NCBI GenBank assembly: GCA_964016885.1
Contig: OZ024744.1
Location: forward strand, 10,726,001-10,790,000
Origin: Eledone cirrhosa
Lineage: Eukaryota
Reading direction: 5' to 3'
Length of the DNA: 64,000 bases
The notes beneath the pieces were generated by a model, which searched no databases, was not told the origin of the DNA, and saw only the letters and a list, made by a program, of their open reading frames with translations. Position numbers and translations under genes: made by a program. How positions within the stretch are numbered: the first letter of the stretch is position 1; each line of letters begins with the position of its first letter. Shown piece by piece: positions 1 to 13,900 of this stretch.

Positions 1-3000
1 CTCCAATATGTTGTGTTGTTGTAATCCAATATCTTGTGTTGTTATACTCCAATATGTTGTGCTGTTGTACTCCAATATTTTGAGTTGTTATACTCCAATA
101 TGTAGTGTTGTTATACTCCAATATGTTGTGTTGTTGTACTCCAATCTGTTGCGTTATACTCCAATATGTTGTGTTGTTATACTCCAATATGTTGTGTTGT
201 TATACTCCAATATGTTGTGTTGTTTTACTCCAATATGTTGTATTGTTGATCTCCAATATGTCATATTATACTCCAATAAGTTGTGTTCTTGTACTCCAAT
301 ATGTTTTGTTGTTGTACTCCAATATGTTGCTTTGTTGTACTCCAATATATCATGTTGTCGTACTGCAATATGTCATGTTATACTCCAATATGTTTTGATG
401 CTGTACTCCAATATGTTGTGTTGTTGTACTACAATATGTTGTGTTGTTGTACTCCAATATGTTGTGTTGTTATACTCCAATATGTTGTGCTGTTGTACTC
501 CAATATGTTGTGTTGTTATACTCCAATATGTAGTGTTGTTATACTCCAATATGTTGTGTTGTTGTACTCCAATCTGTTGTGTTGTTATACTCCAATATAT
601 TGTGTTGTTATACTCCAATATGTTGTGTTGTTTAACTCCAATATGTTGTGTTGTTGTACTCCAATATGTTGTATTGTTGTTCTCCAATATGTCATGTTAT
701 ACTCCAATAAGTTGTGTCCTTGTACTCCAATATGTTGTGTTGTTGTACTCCAATATGTTGTGTTGTTGTACTCCAATATGTTGTGTTGTTGTACTCCAAT
801 ATATCATGTTGTCGTACTCCAATATGTCATGATGTTGTACTCCAATATGTCATGATGTTGTACTCCAATATGTCGTGTTCTTGTACTCCAATATGTCGTG
901 TTGTCGTACTGCAATATGTTGTGTTGTTGTACTCCAATATGTTGTGCTGTTGTACTCCAATATGTTGTGCTGTTGTACTCCAATATGTTGTGTTGTTATA
1001 CTCCAATATGTTGTGCTGTTGTACTCCAATACGTCGTGTTGTACTCCAATATGTTGTGTTGTTATACTCCAATATGTTATGTTGTTGTACTCCAATATGT
1101 CTTGTTGTTGTACTCCAATATGTTTTGATGTTGTACCCCAATATGTTGTGTTGTTGTACTCCAATATGTTTTGATGTTGTACTCCAATATGTTGTGTTGT
1201 TGTACTCCAATATGTTTTGATGTTGTACTCCAATATGTTGTGTTGTTATAGTCCAATATGTCGTGTTGTTGTACTCCAATATGTTATGTAGTAGTATTCC
1301 AATATTTCGTGTTGTTGTACCCCAATATGTCTTGTTGTTTATACTCCAATATGTCTTGCTGTTGTACTCCAATATGTTGTGTTGCTGTACTCCAATATGT
1401 TGTGTTGTTATTCTCCAATATGTTGTGCTGTTGTACTCCAATGTGTTATGTTGTTATACTCCAATATCTTGTGCTGTGCTACTCCAATATATTGTGTTGT
1501 TGTACTCCAATGTGTTGTGTTGTTATACTCCAATATGTTGTGTTGACTTACTCCAATATGTTGTGTTGTTGTACTCCAATCTGTTGTGTTGTTATACTCC
1601 AATATGTTGTGTTGTTATACTCCAATATGTTGTGTTGTTTTACTCCAATATGTTGTGTTGTTGTACTCCAATATGTTGTGTTGTTGTACTCCAATATGTT
1701 GTGTTGTTGTAATCCAATATCTTGTGTTGTTATACTCCAATATGTTGTGCTGTTGTACTCCAATATGTTGTGTTATACTCCAATATGTTGTGTTGTTTTA
1801 CTCCAATATGTTGTTGTTGTACTCCAATATGTTGTATTGTTGTTCTCCAATATGTCATGTTATACTCCAATAAGTTGTGTTCTTGTACTCCAATATGTTG
1901 TGTTGTTGTACTCCAATATATCATGTTGTCATACTCCAATATGTCATGTTATACTCCAATATGTCGTTGGTATACTCCAATATGTCATGTTGTACTCCAA
2001 TGTGTCGTATTGTTGTACTCCAATATGTTTTGATGTTGTACTCCAATATGTTGTGTTGTTGTACTCCAATATGTTGTGTAGCCGTACTCCAATATGTTGT
2101 GTTGTTATACTCCAATATGTTATGTTGTTGTACTCCAATATGTCATGTTGTTGTACTCCAATATGTTTTGATGTTGTACTCCAATATGTTGTGTTGTTGT
2201 ACTCCAATATGGGTTGATGTTGTACTCCAATATGTTGTGTTGTTGTACTCCAATATGATGTGTAGTCGTACTCCAATATGTTGTGTTGTTGTACTCCAAT
2301 ATGCTGTGATGTTGTACTCCAATATGATGTGCTGTTGTACTCCAATGCGTTGTGTTGTTGTACTCCAATATGCTGTGTTGTTATACTCCAATATGTTGTG
2401 TTGTTGTACTCCAATATGTTGTGTTGTTGTACTCCAATATGTTGTGTTGTTGTAATCCAATATCTTGTGTTGTTATACTCCAATATGTTATGCTGTTGTA
2501 CTCCAATATGTTGAGTTGTTATACTCCAATATGTAGTGTTGTTATACTCCAATATGTTGTGTTGTTGTACTCCAATCTGTTGCGTTATACTCCAATATGT
2601 TGTGTTGTTATACTCCAATATGTTGTGTTGTTATACTCCAATATGTTGTGTTGTTTTACTCCAATATATTGTATTGTTGATCTCCAATATGTCATATTAT
2701 ACTCCAATAAGTTGTGTTCTTGTACTCCAATATGTGTTGTTGTTGTACTCCAATATGTTGCGTTGTTGTACTCCAATATATCATGTTGTCGTACTCCAAT
2801 ATGTCATGTTATACTCCAATATGTTTTGATGCTGTACTCCAATATGTTGTGTTGTTGTACTACAATATGTTGTGTTGTTGTACTCCAATATGTTGTGTTG
2901 TTATACTCCAATATGTTGTGCTGTTGTACTCCAATATGTTGTGTTGTTATACTCCAATATGTAGTGTTGTTATACTCCAATATGTTGTGTTGTTGTACTC

Positions 3001-3640
3001 CAATCTGTTGTGTTGTTATACTCCAATATATTGTGTTGTTATACTCCAATATGTTGTGTTGTTTTACTCCAATATGTTGTGTTGTTGTACTCCAATATGT
3101 TGTATTGTTGTTCTCCAATATTTCATGTTATACTCCAATAAGTTGTGTTCTTGTACTCCAATATGTTGTGTTGTTGTACTCCAATATGTTGTGTTGTTGT
3201 ACTCCAATATATCATGTTGTCGTACTCCAATATGTCATGTTATACTCCAATATGTCGTTGTTATACTCCAATAGGTCATGATGTTGTACTCCAATATGTC
3301 GCGTTGTCGTACTCCAATATGTTGTGTTGTACTCCAATACGTTGTGCTGTTGTACTCCAATATGTTGTGTTGTTGTACCCCAATATGTTGTGTTGTTATA
3401 CTCCAATATGTTGTGCTGTTGTACTCCAATATTTCGTGTTATTGTACTCCAATACGTCGTGTTGTACTCCAATATGTTGTGTTGTTATACTCCAATATGT
3501 TATGTTGTTGTACTCCAATATGTCTTGTTGTTGTACTCCAATATGTTTTGATGTTGTACTCCAATATGTTGTGTTGTTGTACTCCAATATGTTTTGATGT
3601 TGTACTCCAATATGTTGTGTTGTTGTACTCCAATATGTTG
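1..3640. repeat. Older internal duplication with ~2.43-kb offset (about 1-1250 vs 2432-3640)
   Basis: ORFs 105/2536, 154/2585, 283/2714, 373/2804 are all offset by 2431. They share rare variants (CTGTTGCGTT, GTTGATCTCC, TACTACAAT) but differ by several substitutions. Confidence 0.85.
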
Positions 3641-4969
3641 TGTAGTCGTACTCCAATATGTTGCGTTGTTGTACTCTAATGTGTTGTGTTGTTATTCTCC
3701 AATATGTTGTGATGTTGTACTCCAATGCGTTGTGTTGTTGTACTCCAATGTGATGTGTTGTTGTACTCCAATATGTTGTGCTGTTGTACTCCAATATTTT
3801 TTGTTTTTTGTACTCCAATATGTTGTGTTGTTATACTCCAATATGTTGTGTTATTATACTCCAATATGTTGTGCTGTTGTACTCCAAATCTCGTGTTGTT
3901 ATACTCCAATGTGTTGTGTTGTTATACTCCAATATGGTGTGTTGTTGTACTCCAATATGTTGTATTGTTTTCTCCAATATGTCATGTTATACTCCAATAT
4001 GGTGTGTTCGTGTACTCCAATATGTTGTGTTATTTTACTCCAATATGTTGCGTTGTTGTACTCCAATATGTTGTGTTGTTATACTCCAATATGTCGTGTG
4101 GCTGTACTCCAATATGTCATGTTGTTGTACTCCAATATGTCTTGTTATAGTCCAATATGTCGTGTTGTTGTACTCCAATATATCATGTAGTTGTACTCCA
4201 ATATTTCGTGTTGTTGTACCCCAATATGTAGTGTTGTTTATACTCCAATATGTTTTGCTGTTGTACTCCAATATGTTGTGTTGCTGTACTCCTATATGTT
4301 GTGTTGTTATTCTCCAATATGTTGTGCTGTTGTACTCCAATGTGTTGTGTTGTTATACTCCAATATGTTGTGTTGATTTACTCCAATATGTTGTGTTGTT
4401 GTACTCCAATCTGTTGTGTTGTTATACTCCAATGTGTTGTGTTGTTATACTCCAATATGTTGTGTTGTTGTAGTCCAATATGTTGTGTTGTCGTACTCCA
4501 ATATGTTGTGTTCTTATACTCCAATATTTCGTGTGGTTGTACTCCAATATGTCATGGTGTTGTACTTCAATATGTCGTGTTGTTTTACTCCAATATGTTG
4601 TGTTGTTGTACTCCAATATGCTGTGTTGTTGTACTCCAATATGTTGTGTTGTTATACTCCAATATGTTGTGTTGTTGTACTCCAATATCTTGTGTTGTTA
4701 TACTCCAATATGCTGTGTTGTTATACTCCAATATGTTGTGTTGTTGTACTCCAATATGTTGTGCTGTTATACTCCAATATGATGTGCTGTTATACTCCAA
4801 TATGTTGTGTTGTTGTACCCCAATATGTTGTGTTGTTGTACTCCAATATGTTGTGCCGTTGTACTCCAATATTTTTTTTGTTTTTGTACTCCAAAATGTT
4901 GTGTTGTTATACTCCAATATGTTGTGTTGTTATACACCCATGTGGTGTGCTGTTGTAATCCAATATGTT
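1..4969. repeat. Higher-order block A, copy 1 (left end truncated by window)
   Basis: ORF-track offsets: 105->14866 (14761), 1258->15996 (14738), 2536->17251 and 4250->18965 (14715); 105->60302 (60197), 1258->61432 and 3145->63319 (60174). Offsets change only in steps of 23. Confidence 0.93.
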
Positions 4970-7900
4970 TTGATGTTGTACTCCAATATGTTGTGTTTTT
5001 TGTACTCCAATATGTTGTGTAGTCGTACTCCAATATGTTGTGTTGTTGCACTCCAATATGATGTGATGTTGTACTCCAATATGATGTGATGTTGCACTCC
5101 AATGCGTTGTGTTGTTGTACTCCAATGTGATGTGTTGTTGTACTCCAATATGTTGTGCCGTTGTACTCCAATATTTTTTTATTTTTGTACTCCAATATGT
5201 TGTGTTGTTATACTCCAATATGTTGTGTTGTTATACTCCAATATGTTGTGCTGTTGTACTCCAAATCTCGTGTTGTTTTACTCCAATGTGTTGTGTTGTT
5301 ATAATCCAATAAGGTGTGTTGTTGTACTCCAATATGTTGTATTGTTTTTTTCCAATATGTCATGTTATACTCCAATATGTTGTGTTCGTGTACTCCAATA
5401 TGTTGTGTTATTGTACTCCAATATGTTGCGTTGTTGTACTCCAATATGTTGTGTTGTTATACTCCAATATGTTGTGTTGTTGTACTCCAATATGTTGTCT
5501 TGTTGTACTCCAAAAGGCCATGTTATCGTACTCCAATATGTCTTGTTATACTCCAATATGTCGTGTGGCTGTACTCCAATATGTCATGTTGTTGTACTCA
5601 AATATGTCTTGTTATAGTCCAATATGTCGTGTTGTTGTACTCCAATATGTCATGTAGTTGTATTCCAATATTTCGTGTTGTTGTACCCCAATATGTCGTG
5701 TTGTTTATACTCCAATATGTTTTGCTGTTGTACTCCAATATGTTGTGTTGCTGTACTCCAATATGTTGTGTTGTTATTCTCCAATATGTTGTGCTGTTGT
5801 ACTCCAATGTGTTATGTTGTTATACTCCAATATGTTGTGCTGTGCTACTCCAATATATTGTGTTGTTGTACTCCAATGTGTTGTGTTGTTATACTCCAAT
5901 ATGTTGTGTTGATTTACTCCAATATGTTGTGTTGTTGTACTCCAATCTGTTGTGTTGTTATACTCCAATATGTTGTGTTGTTATACTCCAATATGTTGTG
6001 TTGTTTTACTCCAATATGTTGTGTTGTTGTACTCCAATATGTTGTGTTGTTGTACTCCAATATGTTGTGTTGTTGTACTCCAATATGTTGTGTTGTTGTA
6101 ATCCAATATCTTGTGTTGTTATACTCCAATATGTTGTGTTGTTGTACTCCAATATGTTGTGTTGTTATACTCCAATATGTTGTGTTGTGATACTCCAATA
6201 TGTTGTGCTGTTGTACTCCAATATGTTGTGTTGTTATACTCCAATATGTTGTGTTGTTTTACTCCAATATGTTGTGTTGTTGTACTCCAATATGTTGTAT
6301 TGTTGTTCTCCAATATGTCATGTTATACTCCAATAAGTTGTGTTCTTGTACTCCAATATGTTGTGTTGTACTCCAATATATCATGTTGTCGTACTCCAAT
6401 ATGTCATGTTATACTCCAATATGTCGTTGTTATACTCAAATATGTCATGTTGTTGTACTTCAATATGTCGTATTGTTGTACTCCAATATGTTTTGATGTT
6501 GTACTCCAATATGTTGTGTTGTTGTATTCCAATATGTTGTGTAGTCGTACTCCAATATGTTGTATTGTTATACTCCAATATGTTGTGCTGTTGTACTCCA
6601 ATATGTTCTGTCGTTGAACTCCAATATATTGTGTTGTTCTACTCCAATATGTCGTGTTGTTGTACTCCAATATGTCGTGTTGTTGTACTCCAATATGTCG
6701 TGTTGTTGTACTCCAATATGTCGTGTTGTTGTACTCCAATATGTTGTGTTGTTGTACTCCAATATGTTGTGTTGTTATACTCCAATATGTTATGTTGTTG
6801 TACTCCAATATGTCATGTTGTACTCCAATATGTTGTGTTGTTGTACTCCAATATGTTTTGATGTTGTACTCCAATATGTTGTGTTGTTGTACTCCAATAT
6901 GTTGTGTAGTCGTACTCCAATATGTTGTGTTGTTGTTCTCCAATATGTTGTGTTGTTATACTCCAATATGTTATGTTGTTGTACTCCAATATGTCATGTT
7001 GTACTCCAATATGTTTTGATGTTGTACTCCAATATGTTGTGCTGTTGTACTCCAATATTTTTTTGTTTTTGTACTCCAATATGTTGTGTTGTTATACTCC
7101 AATATGTTGTGCTGTTGTACTCCAAATCTCGTGTTGTTATACTCCAATATGGTGTGTTCGTGTACTCCAATAGGTTATGTTATTGTACTCCAATATGTTG
7201 CGTTGTTGTACTCCAATATGTTGTGTTGTTATACTCCAATATGTCGTGTTGTTTTACTCCAATATGTCATGCTGTTGTACTCCAATATGTTTTGCTGTTG
7301 TACTCCACTGTGTTGTGTTGTTGAACTCCAATATGTTGTGTTGTTGTTCTCCAATATTTTGTGCTGTTGTACTCCAATTTGTGTTGTTGTACTCCAATAT
7401 GTTATGTTGTTGTACTCCAATATGTTGTGTTGTTGTACTCCAATATGTTGTGCTGTTGTACTCCAATATTTCGTGTTGTTGTACTCCAATATTTCGTGTT
7501 GTTGTACTCCAATATGTTTTGATGTTGTACTCCAATATGTTGTGTTGTTGTACTCCAATATGTTTTGATGTTGTACTCCAATATGTTGTGTTGTTGTACT
7601 CCAATATGTTGTGTAGGCGTACTCCAATATGTTGTGTTGTTGTACTCCAATATGATGTGATGTTGTACTCCAATATGATGTGATGTTGTACTCCAATGCG
7701 TTGTGTTGTTGTACTCCAATGTGATGTGTTGTTGTACTCCAATATGTTGTGTCGTTGTACTCTAATATTTTTTATTTTTGTACTCCAATATGTTGTGTTG
7801 TTATACTCCAATATGTTGTGCTGTTGTACTCCAAATCTCGTGTTGTTATACTCCAATGTGTTGTGTTGTTATACTCCAATATGGTGTGTTGTTGTACTCC

Positions 7901-10900
7901 AATATGTTGTATTGTTTTTTCCAATATGTCATGTTATACTCCAATATGTTGTGTTCGTGTACTCCAATATGTTGTGTTATTGTACTCCAATATGTTGCGT
8001 TGTTGTACTCCAATATGTTGTGTTGTTATACTCCAATATGTTGTGTTGTTGTACTCCAATATGTTGTCTTGTTGTACTCCAAAAGGCCATGTTATCGTAC
8101 TCCAATATGTCTTGTTATACTCCAATATGTCGTGTGGCTGTACTCCAATATGTCATGTTGTTGTACTCCAATATGTCTTGTTATAGTCCAATATGTCGTG
8201 TTGTTGTACTCCAATATGTCATGTAGTTGTATTCCAATATTTCGTGTTGTTGTACCCCAATATGTCGTGTTGTTTATACTCCAATATGTTTTGCTGTTGT
8301 ACTCCAATATGTTGTGTTGCTGTACTCCAATATGTTGTGTTGTTATTCTCCAATATGTTGTGCTGTTGTACTCCAATGTGTTATGTTGTTATACTCCAAT
8401 ATGTTGTGCTGTGCTACTCCAATATATTGTGTTGTTGTACTCCAATGTGTTGTGTTGTTATACTCCAATATGTTGTGTTGATTTACTCCAATATGTTGTG
8501 TTGTTGTACTCCAATCTGTTGTGTTGTTATACTCCAATATGTTGTGTTGTTATACTCCAATATGTTGTGTTGTTTTACTCCAATATGTTGTGTTGTTGTA
8601 CTCCAATATGTTGTGTTGTTGTACTCCAATATGTTGTGTTGTTGTAATCCAATATCTTGTGTTGTTATACTCCAATATGTTGTGTTGTTGTACTCCAATA
8701 TGTTGTGTTGTTGTACTCCAATATGTTGTATTGTTGTTCTCCAATATGTCATGTTATACTCCAATAAGTTGTGTTATTGTACTCCAATGTGTTGTGTTGT
8801 TGTACTCCAATATATCATGTTGTCGTACTCCAATATGTCATGTTATACTCCAATATGTCGTTGTTATACTCCAATATGTCATGTTGTTGTACTCCAATAT
8901 GTCGTATTGTTGTACTCCAATATGTTTTGATGTTGTACTCCAATGTGTTGTGTTGTTGTACTCCAATATGTTGTGTAGTCGTACTCCAATATGTTGTATT
9001 GTTATACTCCAATATGTTGTGCTATTGTACTCCAATATGTTCTGTTGTTGTACTCCAATATATTGTGTTGTTGTACTCCAATATGTCGTGTTGTTGTACT
9101 CCAATATGTCGTGTTGTTGTACTCCAATATGTTGTGTTGTTGTACTCCAATATGTTGTGTTGTTGTACTCCAATATGTTGTGTTGTTATACTCCAATATG
9201 TTATGTTGTTGTACTCCAATATGTCATGTTGTTGTACTCCAATATGTTTTGATGTTGCACTCCAATATGTTGTGTTGTTGTACTCCAATATGTTGTGTAG
9301 TCGTACTCCAATATGTTGTGTTGTTGTACTCCAATATGCTGTGATGTTGTACTCCAATATGATGTGCTGTTGTACTCCAATGCGTTGTGTTGTTGTACTC
9401 CAATATGCTGTGTTGTTATACTCCAATATGTTGTGTTGTTGTACTCCAATATGTTGTGTTGTTGTACTCCAATATGTTGTGTTGTTGTAATCCAATATCT
9501 TGTGTTGTTATACTCCAATATGTTGTGCTGTTGTACTCCAATATGTTGAATTGTTATACTCCAATATGTTGTGTTGTTGTACTCCAATATGTTGTGTTGT
9601 TGTACTCCAATATGTTGTGTTATTGTACTCCAATATGTGATGTTGTTGTACTCCAATATGTCGTGATGTTGTACTCCAATATGTTGTGTTGTTATACTCC
9701 ACTATTTCATGTTGTTGTACTCCAATATGTCTTGTTGTTGTACTCCAATATGTTTTGATGTTGTACTCCAATATGTTGTGTTGTTGTACTCCAATATATC
9801 ATGTTGTCGTACTCCAATATGTCATGTTATACTCCAATATGTCGTTGTTATACTCCAATATGTCATGTTGTTGTACTCCAATATGTTGTGTTGTTGTACT
9901 CCGATATGTTGTGTTGGACTATACTCCAATATGTAGTGTTGTTGTAATCCAATATGTTGTGTTGTTGTACTCCAATATATAGTGATGTTGTACTCCAATA
10001 TGTTGTGTTGTTATACTCCACTATTTCGTGTTGTTTTACTCCAATATGTCATGTTGTTGTTCTCCAATATTTCGTGTTGTTGTACTCCAATATGTCATGG
10101 TGTTGTACTTCAATATGTCCTATTGTTGTACTCCAATATGTTGTGTTGTTGTTCTCCAATATGTCGTGTTGTTATACTCCAATATGTTATGATGTTGTAC
10201 TGCAATATATTGTGTTGTTGTACTCCAATATGTCTTGTTATAGTCCAATATATCGTGTTGTTGTACTCCAATATGTCATGTTGTTGTACTCCAATATTTC
10301 GTGTTGTTGTACACCAATATGTCGTGTTGATTATACTACAATTTTTGTTGCTGTTGTACTCCAATATGTTGTGTTGTTGTACTCTAATATGTTGTGTTGT
10401 TATTCTCCAATATGTTGTGCTGTTGTACTCCAATATGTTGTATTGTTGTTCTCCAATATGTCATGTTATACTCCAATAAGTTGTGTTCTTGTACTCCAAT
10501 ATGTTGTGTTGTTGTACTCCAATATGTTGTGTTGTTGTACTCCAATATGTTGTGTTGTTGTACTCCAATATATCATGTTGTCGTACTCCAATGTGTCATG
10601 TTATACTCTAATATGTCGTTGTTATACTCCAATATGTCATGATGTTGTACTCCAATATGTCGTGTTCTTGTACTCCAATATGCCGTGTTGTCGTACTCCA
10701 ATATTTTGTGTTGTTGTACTCCAATATGTTGTGCTGTTGTACTCCAATATGTTGTGTTGTTGTACTTCAATATGTTGTGTTGTTATACTCCAATATGTTG
10801 TGCTGTTGTACTCCAATATTTCGTGTTGTTGTACTCCAATACGTCATGTTGTACTCCAATATGTTGTGTTGTTATACTCCAATATGTTATGTTGTTGTAC

Positions 10901-13900
10901 TCCAATATGTCTTGTTGTTGTACTCCAATATGTTTTGATGTTGTACTCCAATATGTTGTGTTGTTGTACTCCAATATGATGTGATGTTGTACTCCAATGC
11001 GTTGTGTTGTTGTACTCCAATGTGATGTGTTGTTGTACTCCAATATGTTGTGTTGTTATACTCCAATGTGTTGTGTTGTTATACTCCAATATGTTGTGTT
11101 GTTGTAGCCCAATATGTTGTGTTGTTGTACTCCAATGTGATATGTTGTTATACTCCAATATGTTGTGCTGTTGTACTCCAATTTTTTTTGTTTTTTGTAC
11201 TCCAATATGTTGTGTTGTTATACTCCAATATGTTGTGTTGTTATACTCCAATATGTTGTGCTGTTGTACTCCAAATCTCGTGTTGTTATACTCCAATATG
11301 GTGTGTTCGTGTACTCCAATATGTTGTGTTATTGTACTCCAATATGTTGCGTTGTTGTACTCCAATATGTTGTGTTGTTATACTCCAATATGTCGTGTGG
11401 CTGTACTCCAATATTTCGTGTTGTTGTACCCCAATATGTAGTGTTGTTTATACTCCAATATGTTTTGCTGTTGTACTCCAATATGTTGTGTTGCTGTACT
11501 CCTATATGTTGCGTTGTTATTCTCCAATATGTTGTGCTGTTGTACTCCAATGTGTTGTGTTGTTATACTCCAATATGTTGTGTTGATTTACTCCAATATG
11601 TTGTGTTGTTATACTCCAATCTGTTGTGTTGTTATACTCCAATGTGTTGTGTTGTTATACTCCAATATGTTGTGTTGTTGTAGCCCAATATGTTGTGTTG
11701 TTGTACTCCAATATGTTGTGTTGTCGTACTCCAATATGTCCTGTTGTTGTACTCCAATATGTTGTGTTGTTATACTCCAATATTTCATGTGGTTGTACTC
11801 CAATATGTTGTCTTGCTGTACTCCAATCTGTTGTATTGTTGTACTCCAATATGTTCTGTTGTTGTACTCCAATATATTGTATTGTTGTACTCCAGTATGT
11901 TGTGTTGTTGTACTCCAATATGCTGTGTTGTTGTACTCCAATATGTTGTGTTGTTGTACTCCAATATGTTGTGTTGTTGTACTCCAATATCTTGTGTTGT
12001 TGTACTCCAATATGTTGTGTTGTTGTACTCCAATATGTTGTGTTGTGGTACTCCAATATGGTGTGTTGTTGAACTCCAATATGTTGTATTGTTTTTCTCC
12101 AATATGTCATGTTATACTCCAATATGTTGTGTTCGTGTACTCCAATATGTCATGTTGTTGTACTCCAGTATGTCTTGTTATACTCCAATATGTCGTGTTG
12201 CTGTACTCCAATATGTCATGCTGTTGTACTCCAATATTTCGTGTCGTTGTACTCCAATATGTCGTGCTTTTGTACTCCAATATGTTTTGCTGTTGTACTC
12301 CACTGTGTTGTGTTGTTGAACTGCAATATGTTGTGTTGTTGTTCTCCAATATTTTGTGATGTTGTACTCCAATGTGTTGTGTTGTTATACTCCAATATGT
12401 TGTGTTGTGATACTCCAATGTGTTGTGTTGTTGTACTCCAATATGTTGTGTTGTTATACTCCAATGTGGTGTGCTGTTGTAATCCAATAGGTTGTGTTGT
12501 ACTCCAATATGTTGTGCTGTTGTACTCCAATATTTCGTGTTGTTGCACTCCAATACGTCGTGTTGTTGTACTCCAATATGTTTTGATGTTGTACTCCAAT
12601 ATGTTGTGTTGTTGTACTCCAATATGTTTTGATGTTATACTCCAATATGTTGTGTTGTTGTACTCCAATATGTTGTGTAGTCGTACTCCAATATGTTGTG
12701 TTGTTGTACTCCAATATGCTGTGATGTTGTACTCCAATATGATGTGATGTTGTACTCCAATGCGTTGTATTGTTGTACTCCAATGTGATGTGTTGTTGTA
12801 CTCCAATATGTTGTGCCGTTGTACTCCAATATTTTTTATTTTTGTACTCCAATATGTTGTGTTGTTATACTCCAATATGTTGTGTTGTTATACTCCAATA
12901 TGTTGTGCTGTTGTACTCCAAATCTCGTGTTGTTATACTCCAATGTGTTGTGTTGTTATACTCCAATATGGTGTGTTGTTGTACTCCAATATGTTGTATT
13001 GTTTTTTTTCAATATGTCATGTTATACTCCAATATGTTGTGTTCGTGTACTCCAATATGTTGTGTTATTGTACTCCAATATGTTGCGTTGTTGTACTCCA
13101 ATATGTTGTGTTGTTATACTCCAATATGTTGTGTTGTTGTACTCCAATATGTTGTCTTGTTGTACTCCAAAAGGCCATGTTATCGTACTCCAATATGTCT
13201 TGTTATACTCCAATATGTCGTGTGGCTGTACTCCAATATGTCATGTTGTTGTACTCCAATATGTCTTGTTATAGTCCAATATGTCGTGTTGTTGTACTCC
13301 AATATGTCATGTAGTTGTATTCCAATATTTCGTGTTGTTGTACCCCAATATGTCGTGTTGTTTATACTCCAATATGTTTTGCTGTTCTACTCCAATATGT
13401 TGTGTTGCTGTACTCCAATATGTTGTGTTGTTATTCTCCAATATGTTGTGCTGTTGTACTCCAATGTGTTATGTTGTTATACTCCAATATGTTGTGCTGT
13501 GCTACTCCAATATATTGTGTTGTTGTACTCCAATGTGTTGTGTTGTTATACTCCAATATGTTGTGTTGATTTACTCCAATATGTTGTGTTGTTGTACTCC
13601 AATCTGTTGTGTTGTTATACTCCAATATGTTGTGTTGTTATACTCCAATATGTTGTGTTGTTTTACTACAATATGTTGTGTTGTTGTACTCCAATATGTT
13701 GTGTTGTTGTACTCCAATATGTTGTGTTGTTGTAATCCAATATCTTGTGTTGTTATACTCCAATATGTTGTGTTGTTGTACTCCAATATGTTGTGTTGTT
13801 ATACTCCAATATGTTGTATTGTGATACTCCAATATGTTGTGCTGTTGTACTCCAATATGTTGTGTTGTTATACTCCAATATGTTGTGTTATTTTACTCCA

